Shown piece after piece: positions 42,411-53,408 of a stretch of DNA of 64,000 bases. Each line of letters opens with the position of its first letter. Position 1 is the first letter of the stretch. Source of the stretch: Syntrophomonadaceae bacterium (lineage in GTDB: Bacteria > Bacillota > Syntrophomonadia > Syntrophomonadales > Syntrophomonadaceae); the NCBI GenBank assembly GCA_050949825.1, contig JBMNGL010000013.1:11038-75037 (forward strand), given 5' to 3'. A program made the position numbers and the translations under genes. A model generated the notes under the pieces. It saw only the letters and a list, made by a program, of their open reading frames with translations. It was not told the DNA's origin and did no database searches.

Positions 42411-43322
42411 ATGAAATACTTAATAATCGGAGCCGGAGGGACAGGCGGAAGCATCGGAGCATTTATGACCGAGGCGGGTAAGGATGTAACCGTTATTGCC
42501 AGAGGCAAACATCTGCAGGCGATTCAAAGATATGGTTTAAAGATGGAAACGTCATCTAAAGGGAACTATACAGTTTATCCCATGAAGGCTTTTGATATGG
42601 ATCATTATCATGATCAGCCGGATGTAATATTTAACTGTGTTAAAGGCTATTCACTGGAGGATACCATTCCTTTTATCAAAAGAGTGGCTCATAAAGATAC
42701 GGTAGTAATTCCGCTGCTGAATATCTATGGCACCGGGGGCAAGATGCAGGAACTATTGCCGGATATATTGGTGACAGATGGATGTATTTATATAGCTGCA
42801 GAGATTAAAAAGCCGGGAGTAATCTTGCAGAAAGGGGATATTTTCCGGGTATTATACGGTGTGAGAAAAAAGCAGGAGTACCGGCCTGTTCTTGAACGGG
42901 TGGCCGAAGATCTGCAGGACAGCGGTATCATGGCTATTGTGTCGGATAACATCAGAAGGGATGCATTTCAAAAATTCTCTTACGTGTCCCCCATGGCTGC
43001 CTGCGGTGCATTTTATGATATTAATGCTGGAGCTGCTCAGCAGGAAGGAAAAGTTAGGGATACTTTTATTGCGCTGATGGGGGAGATTGATGAATTGGCC
43101 CAGGCTATGGGCATACACTTTGCTGAAGATATCGTGAAAACCAATCTGGAGATTCTGGACAATCTCTCCCCCACAGCTTCTACTTCCATGCAGAGGGATT
43201 TAAAACAGGGTAAGAATTCCGAGATTGACGGTCTCATCTTTGAAGTCCTGCGTTTGGGCAGACAGTATGGTGTACATCTACCCACCTATGAAATCATTGC
43301 CGAGAAATTCGAAGCGGAATAA
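42411..43322 (+). CDS. 2-dehydropantoate 2-reductase family (ApbA/PanE) oxidoreductase
   Basis: N-terminal Rossmann MKYLIIGAGGTGGSIGAFM. The length of 303 aa and the C-terminal helical domain pattern (SMQRDLKQGKNSEIDGL) fit the family. Confidence 0.75.
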   Translation: MKYLIIGAGGTGGSIGAFMTEAGKDVTVIARGKHLQAIQRYGLKMETSSKGNYTVYPMKAFDMDHYHDQPDVIFNCVKGYSLEDTIPFIKRVAHKDTVVIPLLNIYGTGGKMQELLPDILVTDGCIYIAAEIKKPGVILQKGDIFRVLYGVRKKQEYRPVLERVAEDLQDSGIMAIVSDNIRRDAFQKFSYVSPMAACGAFYDINAGAAQQEGKVRDTFIALMGEIDELAQAMGIHFAEDIVKTNLEILDNLSPTASTSMQRDLKQGKNSEIDGLIFEVLRLGRQYGVHLPTYEIIAEKFEAE

Positions 43323-43363
43323 TTTCGAGGACAGTGAACTGAACCCCGGACTTATTAAGAATC

Positions 43364-43936
43364 TTAGCTAATAAAGGTTACCAATTCATCCAGGGGCTTT
43401 CTCTTCATCGGAGCGGCTGGCTGAGTCGGGTAGCCCAGCACGACCATACTTACGACATCCAACTCGACAGGTATATTTAACAGCTCCTTTACTCTGTCGG
43501 TTTCGTATAAGCTAAACCAGAGGGTGCCCAATCCCAGCGCATGTGCGGCTAGATGCATGTTTTGAATGGCGGCGCAGCAGGAAAAAGCATATCCCGTGCT
43601 CCGACCGGGCAGAAACTGATCTGCCCCGGTTTTTTTAGGGTCGCCCGCTATCACTATTATTACCGGGGCTTCGGTCAAGAACTCGAGGCTGAATTTGCTT
43701 ACCCATTTCCAGCCGCTGGACTGGTAGATCTTCTGTAGGGTATGCTGACAGGCTGCTTTTAGCTCTGCCTTAACATCAGCATTTTTAATAACAAAGAACT
43801 TCCAGGGCTGCAGATTCATTACCGACGGTGCCCACCGGCCTGCTTCTAGAATAGTGTTCAGCTTTTCATCTTCAACGGGCTGGTTCAAATAACTCCGGTG
43901 GGAACGCCTTTCCTTGATGGCTTGCATAATATCCAT
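43364..43936 (-). CDS. Nitroreductase-family protein
   Basis: 190 aa. IKERRSHRSY ... ILEAGRWAPSVMNLQPWKFFVI ... AIQNMHLAAHALGLGTLW. Confidence 0.8.
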   Translation of the reverse strand: MDIMQAIKERRSHRSYLNQPVEDEKLNTILEAGRWAPSVMNLQPWKFFVIKNADVKAELKAACQHTLQKIYQSSGWKWVSKFSLEFLTEAPVIIVIAGDPKKTGADQFLPGRSTGYAFSCCAAIQNMHLAAHALGLGTLWFSLYETDRVKELLNIPVELDVVSMVVLGYPTQPAAPMKRKPLDELVTFIS

Positions 43937-43988
43937 TTTATTCCTCCCCTGTAATTTAATACAATGTCAAATAGGTGTTTGCATTATA

Positions 43989-44019
43989 AATAATTCCGGG
44001 GACTGTCCCCGAACTTATT
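43989..44019. repeat. ~30 nt palindromic intergenic element, copy F
   Basis: aataattccggggactgtccccgaacttatt. Confidence 0.85.
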
Positions 44020-44058
44020 GCTGCATGTGGTAAACCGGGGGAGCCGGAAAGAGGACGC

Positions 44059-46233
44059 TTAATAGTGTGCTTTTCCCTGCTGGGGAAACCGCAGCTTGAA
44101 AGTAGTCCCCGCAGGGTTGCTCCTGACTTCGAGTCTGGCATTATGTCGGGCGGCGATGCTGTAGCAAATGGACAATCCCAATCCGGTGCCATTTTCCTTG
44201 GTAGTGAAAAAGGGTATACCGATTTTATCCATTATCTCGGGTTTTATCCCCGGTCCCTCGTCCTTCACATACAATACGATGTCGCTTTCCTCAACCGTGG
44301 TGCCGATAGTCAAGGTTCCGCCGGGTGACATGGCTTCCAGGCCATTGTGGGCCAGGTTGAAGATTACCTGGCGAATCTCGTTCTGGTCAATCATTGGCAT
44401 GGGAGGCCTCCCTAATTCCAGGTTTATTTTCTGCCCTTTAAAATTTGCCTCGGCCTCAAGCATGGGATAAATGGTTTTTACCACCTGGTCAATATATTGA
44501 GCCTGCAGGCAGACCATTTTATCCTTGGCCATACCCAAAAACTCGGAAATGATTACGTTGGCCCGGTCGAGTTCTTCCACCATGAGATCCAGGAATTCAC
44601 TGTCTTCTTGGTACTTTTCTTTAAACATCTGCAAGAAGCCGCGGACTGATGTCATCGGGTTTCTGATTTCATGCCCGATGCTGGCTGCTATTTCTCCAAT
44701 GAGATTTAAGTTTGACAGGCGCGCCATCTCTTGCTCAATTCGTTTCTGTTCAGTAATATCAATCAGAGTGGTAATGCGACAAAGTTTTTCGTTTAAGTAT
44801 AATAAATTACTCCACAGCAGACCGCGACGGATATTACCTGATTTGGTACGGAAATCGACTTCAAAACTCTCCAGCTTTCTTTTTTTCTTAATCAAGCTGT
44901 CCAGCTTTTGCTTTTGTGCCGTGTCGGCGAAAAGATTTATCTCGCTGATGGGTCTGCCTATAATTTCATAACGATTGTAGCCCATGCCCGCAAATATTGC
45001 CTCATTGGCATCAATAAATATTCCTTCATGGATTGAGGATAAGGTCATCATGATAGGACTTTCATGAAAAACCTTGGAGAACTTTTCTTCTGAGATGCGC
45101 AAGGTATTTTCCGCCTGCTTGCGAGCAGTGATATCAATAGAAATGCCTGCAAACCGCAGTGCTTTGCCTTGTTCATCTCTTACCACCACCTTGCCGCGCT
45201 CTAGAATCCATTTCCATTCTCCCGATTTGGTTAACAAGCGCAGTTCTGATTCGAATTTAGGGGTTTTCCCGCGTAAATGAGCAAACAACGAATTCTTCGC
45301 TTCAGGAAAATCGCAGGGATGAATAAGATTTTTCCAGGTACTGATGGTTGGTTCAAGTTCTTCTAGTGAATATCCAAGCACATCAGCCCAGCGCCGGCTA
45401 AAATAGACTCTGTCCGATTGCAAATCCCAATCCCAATAGCCGTCATTACTCGCCTCCAATACCATCCGCAAGCGTTCTTCACTTGCACTTAAGGCCAGGT
45501 CCGATGCTTCTAACTGGCGCATCTTCTCCAGGCCTATAGCTGACAGTACTTGTCCCAGTTTTGAATAGAAATCCATTACCAGTTTGACTTGCTGTTCGGG
45601 AACGATAGTAATTTTGTGAAGTGCATCAATATAGGCATCTTCATCAAAACCAAACTGCCGGGCCTGCCTTCTGAAAAAACCTTCGTCCGGGGGCTCTTCC
45701 AACAGTTGCCCCATGTAGATGGTAGCTATATGTCGGCCTTCCAATATTATCGGGGTAGCATAGTCGATAAGTCCGTTTAAACATTTATATCTGATATAGG
45801 AATCTTGCAGATGGGCCGATATGTATTTATCACTTTGTTTACATTGCTTTTCTGTTTCCCTACAAGTGCGATGAAACTTGAGGCACATATCTGACCAACC
45901 GTTCCTGCTGAGAATATTGCCGTCGCTATCAAGCAAGGCATGCCCTATTCCTGTAAGCTGATAAAAAGAATCAAACAATTGTTGAATCAGCGCAATATCT
46001 ATGAGATCCGAGATGTGATATTTATGTGCTTTATTAATGGGGTTTTGCGGTTTCTGATCCTGGGACAAGGAATCGTTTCTGTCAATCGGGTAGCGGTAAT
46101 CGGTAGACTGCAGCGCAGGTCTCATAATCCTGGGGTTTTGTTCCTGTTGGGCACGTTCCAGTTCCGCAAGCTTTTGCTGCAATTCGGTTATTTCCGCTAT
46201 GAGTTGCTCTTTTGTTTTATCTTCATGACCCAC
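44059..46233 (-). CDS. Sensor histidine kinase with PocR-like and PAS domains
   Basis: The PocR-like segment has a Cys-rich motif (MCLKFHRTCRETEKQCKQSD). Two PAS regions follow, then the H-box SIGHEIRNPMTSVRG and HATPase N/G boxes (NLAHNGLEAM, DEGPGI, GTGLGLS). GTG 46233 behind ggagg is preferred as the start. The listed ORF extends to 46326. Confidence 0.85.
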   Translation of the reverse strand: MGHEDKTKEQLIAEITELQQKLAELERAQQEQNPRIMRPALQSTDYRYPIDRNDSLSQDQKPQNPINKAHKYHISDLIDIALIQQLFDSFYQLTGIGHALLDSDGNILSRNGWSDMCLKFHRTCRETEKQCKQSDKYISAHLQDSYIRYKCLNGLIDYATPIILEGRHIATIYMGQLLEEPPDEGFFRRQARQFGFDEDAYIDALHKITIVPEQQVKLVMDFYSKLGQVLSAIGLEKMRQLEASDLALSASEERLRMVLEASNDGYWDWDLQSDRVYFSRRWADVLGYSLEELEPTISTWKNLIHPCDFPEAKNSLFAHLRGKTPKFESELRLLTKSGEWKWILERGKVVVRDEQGKALRFAGISIDITARKQAENTLRISEEKFSKVFHESPIMMTLSSIHEGIFIDANEAIFAGMGYNRYEIIGRPISEINLFADTAQKQKLDSLIKKKRKLESFEVDFRTKSGNIRRGLLWSNLLYLNEKLCRITTLIDITEQKRIEQEMARLSNLNLIGEIAASIGHEIRNPMTSVRGFLQMFKEKYQEDSEFLDLMVEELDRANVIISEFLGMAKDKMVCLQAQYIDQVVKTIYPMLEAEANFKGQKINLELGRPPMPMIDQNEIRQVIFNLAHNGLEAMSPGGTLTIGTTVEESDIVLYVKDEGPGIKPEIMDKIGIPFFTTKENGTGLGLSICYSIAARHNARLEVRSNPAGTTFKLRFPQQGKAHY

Positions 46234-46773
46234 GGGCAATTGCCTCCAGCGGATTTGTTTCACTTTATATATATACAATAACCCAATTTGATGGTAAATA
46301 ATGTCGAATATGGCATGAAAAATCAAATTTTATTTAAATACGTTTTGCGATAATCAAAGGACGTCATACGATGTAATTCTGCACTTTTAAGGTCGCCCTA
46401 TTTATGGCCAAATTTCGACCTGTTTAGGAATAAATCTTAAGAATAGGTTCGATATTTTAATCAGCTCATTTCGGAGCATTACGAGAGTTGTCACAAACAC
46501 TGCCGTTTATTTGGTTAAATTTTTGTACTTCAGTAAGATCAAGGAAGAGTGCGGGGTGATTATATCAGATGGCTTTACAGGTACTCGTCTGAAAAAGTCA
46601 GAAAAATCCGGGCTTAATGTAGGCTTTTGTCCCAAAATAACTTTTATTTGTACTCCGGCTGGAGCGATGAAGCATGACAAAATAGTTTCCGCCCATTGAC
46701 AGCAGCCTGAATGTATAGACAACAAATAGGAAAATAAAAAGGGCAGCCGAATCAGGGTTTATAGTATAGTATT

Positions 46774-48690
46774 TTATTCAATAACGACCGGGTTATGGAT
46801 TAAAGCATATTGAGGATTGGTCAGGGGCTGGTCGTAAGGATTAAGTGCATAGGCATATTTATTTCCGATGAGAAAATCATATTGAAGGATTTCATATTGA
46901 GTAAATTGCTCTTTGGTTATATTTTCATGATGCAGATGCTGAGCCGCAGTAACCAGATTGGAGCCTTTTTGGCTTAAAGTGTAGAGAAAGTCTGTTAAAG
47001 GGGTGCCGGTTTTCTTGCTATGGGACAGGACGTAGGAACTGAGAAAACTTGAGGAGAGCCGCAGACTTTCCCTGCGGTTGGAAAAGTTATCCCAGACTAT
47101 GATAGGAACGCTGTATTTTTTCAAGTAATCGTCATAGGAAGAATCATTCTGAAAATAACCCGCCTCTTTGTACACCTCACAGTCATTCCCCAGCATGGGC
47201 AGGTGATCACCAAAAAACACCACCATGGTAGGCTCATTTTGCATTTTCAGGCCTTCAATTAAAAGCTCCAGGGATTTATCCACATCAGATATGATGTTGG
47301 TGTAGTTTTCAAGGATAAACCGGGTTTCGGGTTCAAGCTCAGCGCTGATTTTAATCGGTAAATCCGGATTTTCCATGTTGGAGTAAGGGCCGTGAGCCTG
47401 CATGGAGATTGCAAAGATGAAATCAGGTTTATCCGTTTGTTCCAGCACTTGCAGAATTCTTTGGGACAGTTCAGTATCGCGGATATAGGGCCCGCTGTAC
47501 TCAGGATTGCTAAATGAGTCCTTGCTGATAAAGCATTCAAATCCCAAATTCGGATAAACGCTATTGCGCCGATAGAACCAGTCATCATAGGTGTGAATAG
47601 CAGTGGCTGCATAGCCTTGTTTTTTCAATATGGCGGGCAAGGCTTCAATAGGTTTGTGAACGAATTGAATATAGGGAATGACACCCTGGGGAAGAAATTG
47701 GGTGGAAAATCCCGTCAACACCTCGAATTCGGTATTTGCCGTACCGCCGCCATAAACCGGAGCCAGCATAACTCCGCTGTTATGCTTATGCTGCAAGGCA
47801 TGGAAATAAGGGAGAGGGTCTTCGCTAAAGGATATTCCTGGCAATACGGTGGGATCCCAAAAGGCCTCACTCATTACCAGGATGATATTGGGGGAGAAGT
47901 TCCGATCTACAGCATAGGAGGGAACGCACTGCCTGACAATGGTTTCAATAGTTCCTGCTTGATAAAAACCCGGCTCTTCAACAGATTGGCATTTGGCATT
48001 GAGAACAAAAGCAAGCATCATGCCATTTTCTTCGCAGTTGGCTTTCTGATTCCAGTTTATAAAATGCAGGGCAAATGTTTTCTCCAGGGTATTGGATTGG
48101 AATGTAGTCAATAATATTGAGATGCTTAGCAAGGCAACGGCAACCTTTTTATGTAAAGGATATTTTTCCTTGGGAGTAAACAAGAAGGCGATGAAGACAA
48201 TCACTGCCAGGCTAACGATCTCAATCAGCAAAATAGGTGATACCAGGTTGAGCAGTTCAAAGCTTTTGGAAATATTCAGGGCTTCTTTTCCGATCACAAA
48301 ATCCCAGTGCAGCAGAGGCTCTCCTCTTAACAGCAGTTTTTGACGGCTGATGAATCCGGCCACAGAGAATAAAGTCACAAACAATACCCCGCAAGCCCCA
48401 TATATCCTGCGGGGCAATATATAAAAAATATTGATTAAACCAAAAACTATAGCATACCCGGCCAGGAACTGATTGGGGTAACTGCTTATCCAGGATAGGG
48501 TTGCGGCAAGACTGCCACGGATTATTAATTCCGGTAAGAATAAAGCGATAAAAGGTATCAGTGCTAACAAAGCAAGATTGAACATAGTACTCCCTTCAAA
48601 AGCAAGCCGCCAGGCAGGCCCCAAAAATCTCCCTATCCCCTGTTTCACCATTTCCGGGGACATCTTTTTAATTATACTACTGTATAGCAT
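46774..48690 (-). CDS. LTA synthase-family (sulfatase-fold) membrane protein
   Basis: 638 aa. N-terminal multi-TM region, then an extracellular sulfatase-like domain (NIILVMSEAFWDP ... GGGTANTEFEVLTG ... SMQAHGPY ... FFGDHLP). Confidence 0.8.
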   Translation of the reverse strand: MLYSSIIKKMSPEMVKQGIGRFLGPAWRLAFEGSTMFNLALLALIPFIALFLPELIIRGSLAATLSWISSYPNQFLAGYAIVFGLINIFYILPRRIYGACGVLFVTLFSVAGFISRQKLLLRGEPLLHWDFVIGKEALNISKSFELLNLVSPILLIEIVSLAVIVFIAFLFTPKEKYPLHKKVAVALLSISILLTTFQSNTLEKTFALHFINWNQKANCEENGMMLAFVLNAKCQSVEEPGFYQAGTIETIVRQCVPSYAVDRNFSPNIILVMSEAFWDPTVLPGISFSEDPLPYFHALQHKHNSGVMLAPVYGGGTANTEFEVLTGFSTQFLPQGVIPYIQFVHKPIEALPAILKKQGYAATAIHTYDDWFYRRNSVYPNLGFECFISKDSFSNPEYSGPYIRDTELSQRILQVLEQTDKPDFIFAISMQAHGPYSNMENPDLPIKISAELEPETRFILENYTNIISDVDKSLELLIEGLKMQNEPTMVVFFGDHLPMLGNDCEVYKEAGYFQNDSSYDDYLKKYSVPIIVWDNFSNRRESLRLSSSFLSSYVLSHSKKTGTPLTDFLYTLSQKGSNLVTAAQHLHHENITKEQFTQYEILQYDFLIGNKYAYALNPYDQPLTNPQYALIHNPVVIE

Positions 48691-49056
48691 ATAATGTGTG
48701 CGGATACCACCCCAATCACTGTAAAAACAAGGGCAGATCCAAATTTGACCTGCACCCGGCGTTATATGATGGTGCAGCCGGAAGGGGGGATATATCTATC
48801 CTGGGCTGCATTATGAAGGGAATTATGGCCAATTTGCAGAATGTTGCGGAATGTTTAAATGGGGAAGGGCTGCTCAGTTTGATTGCGTATGGTGGTATGA
48901 AAGCAGTACAATAACTGCCTGGAGCGAATGGAGTTATTCAGTTGAAAACGGTTATGGGCTGTGGAGCGAAAGCCTTGCAGCTGCCCGAAAAGGCCGTTGA
49001 TTTCAGTTAAGGGAACGGTGCTGGAGGAAATGGGGTTTATTTATGATGGGTAGGAC

Positions 49057-49087
49057 AATAAGTCCGGGGATAGACCCCGAACTTATT
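49057..49087. repeat. ~30 nt palindromic intergenic element, copy G
   Basis: aataagtccggggatagaccccgaacttatt. Confidence 0.8.
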
Positions 49088-49101
49088 GCCGCTTTTGCCC
49101 C

Positions 49102-49953
49102 TCAGACGAAGGCTTTTATTATCATGGGTATTACTGCTTTGGCTACGGCTGCATTGGAGCCGCCGGAGAGGATGAAAAGCACGGGCTTGCCCCGGGAAAA
49201 GTCATGGATTTTCCGGGCGAAATGTTCAAAAGCGGTTTCTGTTAGAGCAAATGCTCCATAATCATTATGATGCGAGTCATGACCGAAAATGACCATTAAT
49301 AATTCATAGTCCCAGCTGCGCTCCAACACCCGGTCAATGGCTTGAAGAAAGTCGTTGTCTGTGGCCGATAATGGCAGACCTATGTCATAGTTGTTGAGTT
49401 TGTCATCTTGCTGACCCAATTTGTATTGAGAATGGAAATTGATATGGATGACCCCGGGATCTTTCCCCAACAGATTACGGGTGCCGTCACCGAAATGGGG
49501 GTCAACATCTATTATCATGATGTTTCCCGCTCCCAACTGGCGCAGTTTCATTACCGCCATGGCCGCATCGTTATAATAACAAAAACCCCAGAATTCACGG
49601 CGCGAGGCGTGATGTCCGGCAGTCCCTACAAAACAGAAGGCAAAGTCCAGCTCACCGCGGGAGAGCATTTCAGCGGCCTGCACTACTCCGGCGGCGGAAA
49701 GCAGAGCTACCTGGTGATAGCCCTCATAACGAACCCGCTGAATGTGGCCGGGTTCGTGGCATAAAGCCAATAGTTTTTCTATATCATCACTGAGCCGGGG
49801 TGTAAAATGGGTGATGCGGTTAGTCGCTATCAGGTCTTGCAGTGCCTCGAAGCCCGGCTTAACTCTGTGGCGCAGAATCGGATGTCCCTTTTCAGCAAAA
49901 TCAGGATGATACCATACGCCTGCTCTCATATTATTCACCTTCTCCCTGGTCAT
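49102..49953 (-). CDS. Histone deacetylase-family (arginase/deacetylase fold) protein
   Basis: GTAGHHASRREFWGFCYYND and IDVDPHFGDGT are HDAC-type active-site and metal-binding motifs. Confidence 0.8.
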   Translation of the reverse strand: MTREKVNNMRAGVWYHPDFAEKGHPILRHRVKPGFEALQDLIATNRITHFTPRLSDDIEKLLALCHEPGHIQRVRYEGYHQVALLSAAGVVQAAEMLSRGELDFAFCFVGTAGHHASRREFWGFCYYNDAAMAVMKLRQLGAGNIMIIDVDPHFGDGTRNLLGKDPGVIHINFHSQYKLGQQDDKLNNYDIGLPLSATDNDFLQAIDRVLERSWDYELLMVIFGHDSHHNDYGAFALTETAFEHFARKIHDFSRGKPVLFILSGGSNAAVAKAVIPMIIKAFV

Positions 49954-50047
49954 TTCTTATTATTGCCCTATATATAGAGTATACTGTATTTTCCCCTACA
50001 GCACTGGCTTTGAAGCAAACATCTTCCATTTTGGAGCAAGCACGGGT

Positions 50048-50099
50048 TACACGGATGACACGGGGACGGGGGTGACAACAACCCCGTGTCACCCGTGTA
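50048..50099. promoter_or_regulatory. 18-bp inverted repeat in a divergent intergenic region (candidate operator or hairpin)
   Basis: tacacggatgacacgggg (50048-50065) and ccccgtgtcacccgtgta (50082-50099) are complementary at 17 of 18 positions, with a 16-nt spacer. Confidence 0.5.
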
Positions 50100-50234
50100 T
50101 GATGCCCCGGTTTGCTTTGAAAGGCTGGATATTTTGGCTATATTGTGCATAATAGGGTATGAAGGCCGAAGCCCCGTGAATAAATTTTCATTGGGTTTAA
50201 TTTATTAAATTAAAGTAAAAGGGAGGAAATTATT

Positions 50235-50417
50235 ATGGCCAAAATAAAAATAACTATGGAAGCGGTAGTCGAGTATGAATTTTACCCCACCGATTATCCG
50301 GAAGATATGACCGCGGAGAAGGTAGCTGAAATGGATTGCAAGGAATATGCGACCGACCCCGGCCAATTCCTCGGTGGAGCCAAAGAAATCAATTTTGGTT
50401 TTCAAGTAGAAGAGTAG
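50235..50417 (+). CDS. Small acidic hypothetical protein
   Basis: 60 aa. A strong SD aagggagg lies 8 nt upstream. No motif recognised. Confidence 0.45.
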   Translation: MAKIKITMEAVVEYEFYPTDYPEDMTAEKVAEMDCKEYATDPGQFLGGAKEINFGFQVEE

Positions 50418-50466
50418 CTTGCGCAGATATTGCAGTCTTTTACATAGATTATGCTAGGAGATCATC

Positions 50467-51318
50467 ATGAAATTCAGCCTGGTTATGGCTACACTGAACC
50501 GCTTTGATCAACCCAGGCGTTTCCTGGAACACCTCGACAAGCAGAGCTATCGTGATTTTGAGCTCATTGTGGTTGACCAGAATCCCGATGATCGGTTGGT
50601 CGACCTGATTTGTCATTATAAAACGCGTTTTCCCATTAGTCATATCCGCAGCAACACCGTTGGGGTATCGTTGGCGCGGAATCTGGGTTTGCAGCATGTC
50701 AATGGCGATTTGGTGGGATTTCCTGATGATGATTGCTGGTATGGGGAAAGGCTTTTGGAGCAGGTTGTGGCACATTTTGAAAGCCACCCGGAATGGGACG
50801 GGCTATCAGGACGAACCATAGATGCCCGAGGCATCACCAGCCTGGGGCGCTACGACCGCGAAGCAGGCCGGCTTAACCGTTACAACATTTGGACGCGGAC
50901 CAATACCAACACCATTTTCCTGCGCCTCGCGATGATCGCATCCCTGGCAGGCTTTAATACTGCGCTGGGATTGAATATTGATGGGATATGGGGGGGCGCT
51001 GAGGATGTCGAATATGTCTTGCAGGCGGTGGAGAAGGATTATTACATTCAGTACTTGCCTGATCTGACCATTTACCACGAAAACCCGGTGCCGGTTTACG
51101 ATGCTAAAGCCCTGCTTCGCGCTCGCTCCTACGGTGCCGGTATGGGGGGAGTTTTAAGAGCCTACCGCTACCCGCTGTGGTTTGTTGCCAACACCTGGGG
51201 CCGCGCCCTGGCGGGATGTGGGTTTTACCTGCTATCCTGCAACAAGCCGAAAGCTTTGTATCATTGGCAAACCCTGCTGGGGCGTATAACGGGTTGGGCA
51301 CAATGGCCGCCGGGATAA
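50467..51318 (+). CDS. Family 2 glycosyltransferase
   Basis: SLVMATLNR ... ELIVVDQN ... GFPDDDCWY (a DxD-type motif). SD aggag is upstream. Confidence 0.8.
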   Translation: MKFSLVMATLNRFDQPRRFLEHLDKQSYRDFELIVVDQNPDDRLVDLICHYKTRFPISHIRSNTVGVSLARNLGLQHVNGDLVGFPDDDCWYGERLLEQVVAHFESHPEWDGLSGRTIDARGITSLGRYDREAGRLNRYNIWTRTNTNTIFLRLAMIASLAGFNTALGLNIDGIWGGAEDVEYVLQAVEKDYYIQYLPDLTIYHENPVPVYDAKALLRARSYGAGMGGVLRAYRYPLWFVANTWGRALAGCGFYLLSCNKPKALYHWQTLLGRITGWAQWPPG

Positions 51319-51436
51319 ATTCGGCAGAAGCGGAACTGCCCGGCATCGTTTTAGTTTAATAATTTGGATATTTATTATTTTGAGCTCTTGTTTTAGGGTT
51401 TACTATAGTATTTGATTTTTTAGAGGTGAGATACTG

Positions 51437-53332
51437 ATGGAGAAAACTCAATTCAAAACGGAATCCAGGCGGCTGTTGGATCTGATGATCAATTCGGTCT
51501 ACACCAACCGGGAGATCTTTTTGCGCGAGTTGATTTCCAATGCCAGCGATGCCATTGACAAGTTGTATTTCCGTTCTTTAACCGATGAAAAGGTAGGGAT
51601 GAGCAGGGCGGATTTCGCCATTCAGATTGAAATTGATAAGGAAAAGCGTACCCTGACCATATCTGATAATGGCTGCGGCATGACTGCCGCTGAACTGGAA
51701 AGCAATCTGGGGACTATCGCCAATAGCGGATCTCTGGCCTTTATGCAGGAGATTGAGAACAGCGGGGTTGCGGACGTTGATATCATTGGCCAGTTTGGGG
51801 TCGGTTTTTATTCCGCTTTTATGGTCAGCAAACGGGTGGTGGTTATCACCCGGGCTTATGGAGCTGATGAAGCCTTTCAATGGGAGTCGGAAGGCTTGGA
51901 TGGGTATTTGATTACTCCTGCCAATAAGACAGGGGTGGGAACCGAGGTCATACTCACCCTCAAGGATAATAGCGAAGCGGACAATTATGACGAGTTTATG
52001 GACCAGTATCGCATCCAGGCCATTGTCAAGAAGTATTCGGATTATATCCGCTATCCCATCAAAATGGAGCTGGAAAAGCGGCGCCCCCTGGAAGGCCAGG
52101 AAGGCGAGTTCGAAAGCTATAGGGAAACCGAAACGCTCAATAGTATGGTCCCCATCTGGCGGAAGAACAAAAGCGAAATAAGCGATGAGGATTACCATTA
52201 TTTCTATAGAGACAAGTTTTTCGATTTCGACAATCCGCTGCGGGTGATTCATAGCAATATTGAGGGGAAGGCCACTTATAATGCGCTTATGTTCATTCCT
52301 GCTCGCACCCCCTATAATTATTACAGCAAGGAGTATGAAAAGGGCTTGCAGCTGTATTCAAACGGGGTTTTGATTATGGAAAAATGCGGCGACCTTTTGC
52401 CGGACCATTTCAGCTTCGTAAGGGGACTGGTGGATTCGCAGGACTTGTCGCTGAATATTTCCCGGGAGATGCTGCAGCATGACCGCCAGTTGAGGCTTAT
52501 TGCCACCAACCTGGAGAAGAAGATCAAGAGCGAATTGCTGGATATGTTGAACAATGAGCGCGAAACCTATGAGAGGTTTTTTGCGAGCTTCGGGCTGCAA
52601 TTGAAATGGGGTGTTTACAAGGACTTTGGCGCCCAACGGGAGTTGCTGAAGCCGCTTTTGATGTTCTATTCTTCGCATGAGAAAAAACTGGTTACGGTTG
52701 ACGAGTATATCAGTCGCATGCCGGAAGAACAGAAATATATTTACTATGCCAGCGGAGACAGCGTGGATAAAATCGACCGCTTGCCCCAGACCGAGCTGCT
52801 CAAGGACAAGGGGTTTGAAATCCTCTATTTGACCGATGATGTGGATGAGTTTGCCCTGAGGATCTTGCATGACTATGACGGCAAAGAGTTCCGCTCCGTT
52901 TCCAGCGGCGATCTGGGCCTGGAAGATGAAGCGGAAACGCAATCAGCACAGGAACAGGCCCAGGACTATAAGGAGCTGTTCGCCTTTATGAAAGACGCTC
53001 TGGCCGGCAAGGTGAAGGAGGTTCGCCTCTCCCAGCGCTTGAAATCGCACCCGGTTTGCTTGAGCAGCGAGGGCATGCTGTCCCTGGAGATGGAAAAGAT
53101 ATTGAATGCCATGCCTGCGGATCATGAGATCAAGGCGGAACGGATCTTGGAGATTAATGTCAGCCATCCTATTTTTGAAACCCTCTCCAGGCTGTATCAA
53201 GAAGATCAGGACAAGCTTAAAACGTATGCGGAATTGATCTACAACCAGGCGCTGCTGATTGAGGGCATGAGCATCGAGGACCCGGTACAATTTTCTAACG
53301 CTTTATGCGACATTATGGCCCAAATGGCCTAG
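51437..53332 (+). CDS. htpG: Molecular chaperone HtpG (Hsp90)
   Basis: [31 protein letters not shown] and [14 protein letters not shown] are Hsp90 signatures. The length is 631 aa. Confidence 0.95.
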   Translation: MEKTQFKTESRRLLDLMINSVYTNREIFLRELISNASDAIDKLYFRSLTDEKVGMSRADFAIQIEIDKEKRTLTISDNGCGMTAAELESNLGTIANSGSLAFMQEIENSGVADVDIIGQFGVGFYSAFMVSKRVVVITRAYGADEAFQWESEGLDGYLITPANKTGVGTEVILTLKDNSEADNYDEFMDQYRIQAIVKKYSDYIRYPIKMELEKRRPLEGQEGEFESYRETETLNSMVPIWRKNKSEISDEDYHYFYRDKFFDFDNPLRVIHSNIEGKATYNALMFIPARTPYNYYSKEYEKGLQLYSNGVLIMEKCGDLLPDHFSFVRGLVDSQDLSLNISREMLQHDRQLRLIATNLEKKIKSELLDMLNNERETYERFFASFGLQLKWGVYKDFGAQRELLKPLLMFYSSHEKKLVTVDEYISRMPEEQKYIYYASGDSVDKIDRLPQTELLKDKGFEILYLTDDVDEFALRILHDYDGKEFRSVSSGDLGLEDEAETQSAQEQAQDYKELFAFMKDALAGKVKEVRLSQRLKSHPVCLSSEGMLSLEMEKILNAMPADHEIKAERILEINVSHPIFETLSRLYQEDQDKLKTYAELIYNQALLIEGMSIEDPVQFSNALCDIMAQMA

Positions 53333-53408
53333 CAACAAACCATGAGTCCGGGACTGTGACATGCGCCCGTTTCTGGTAGGAGGTTTTTATTATCTGACCT
53401 GTCTACCT

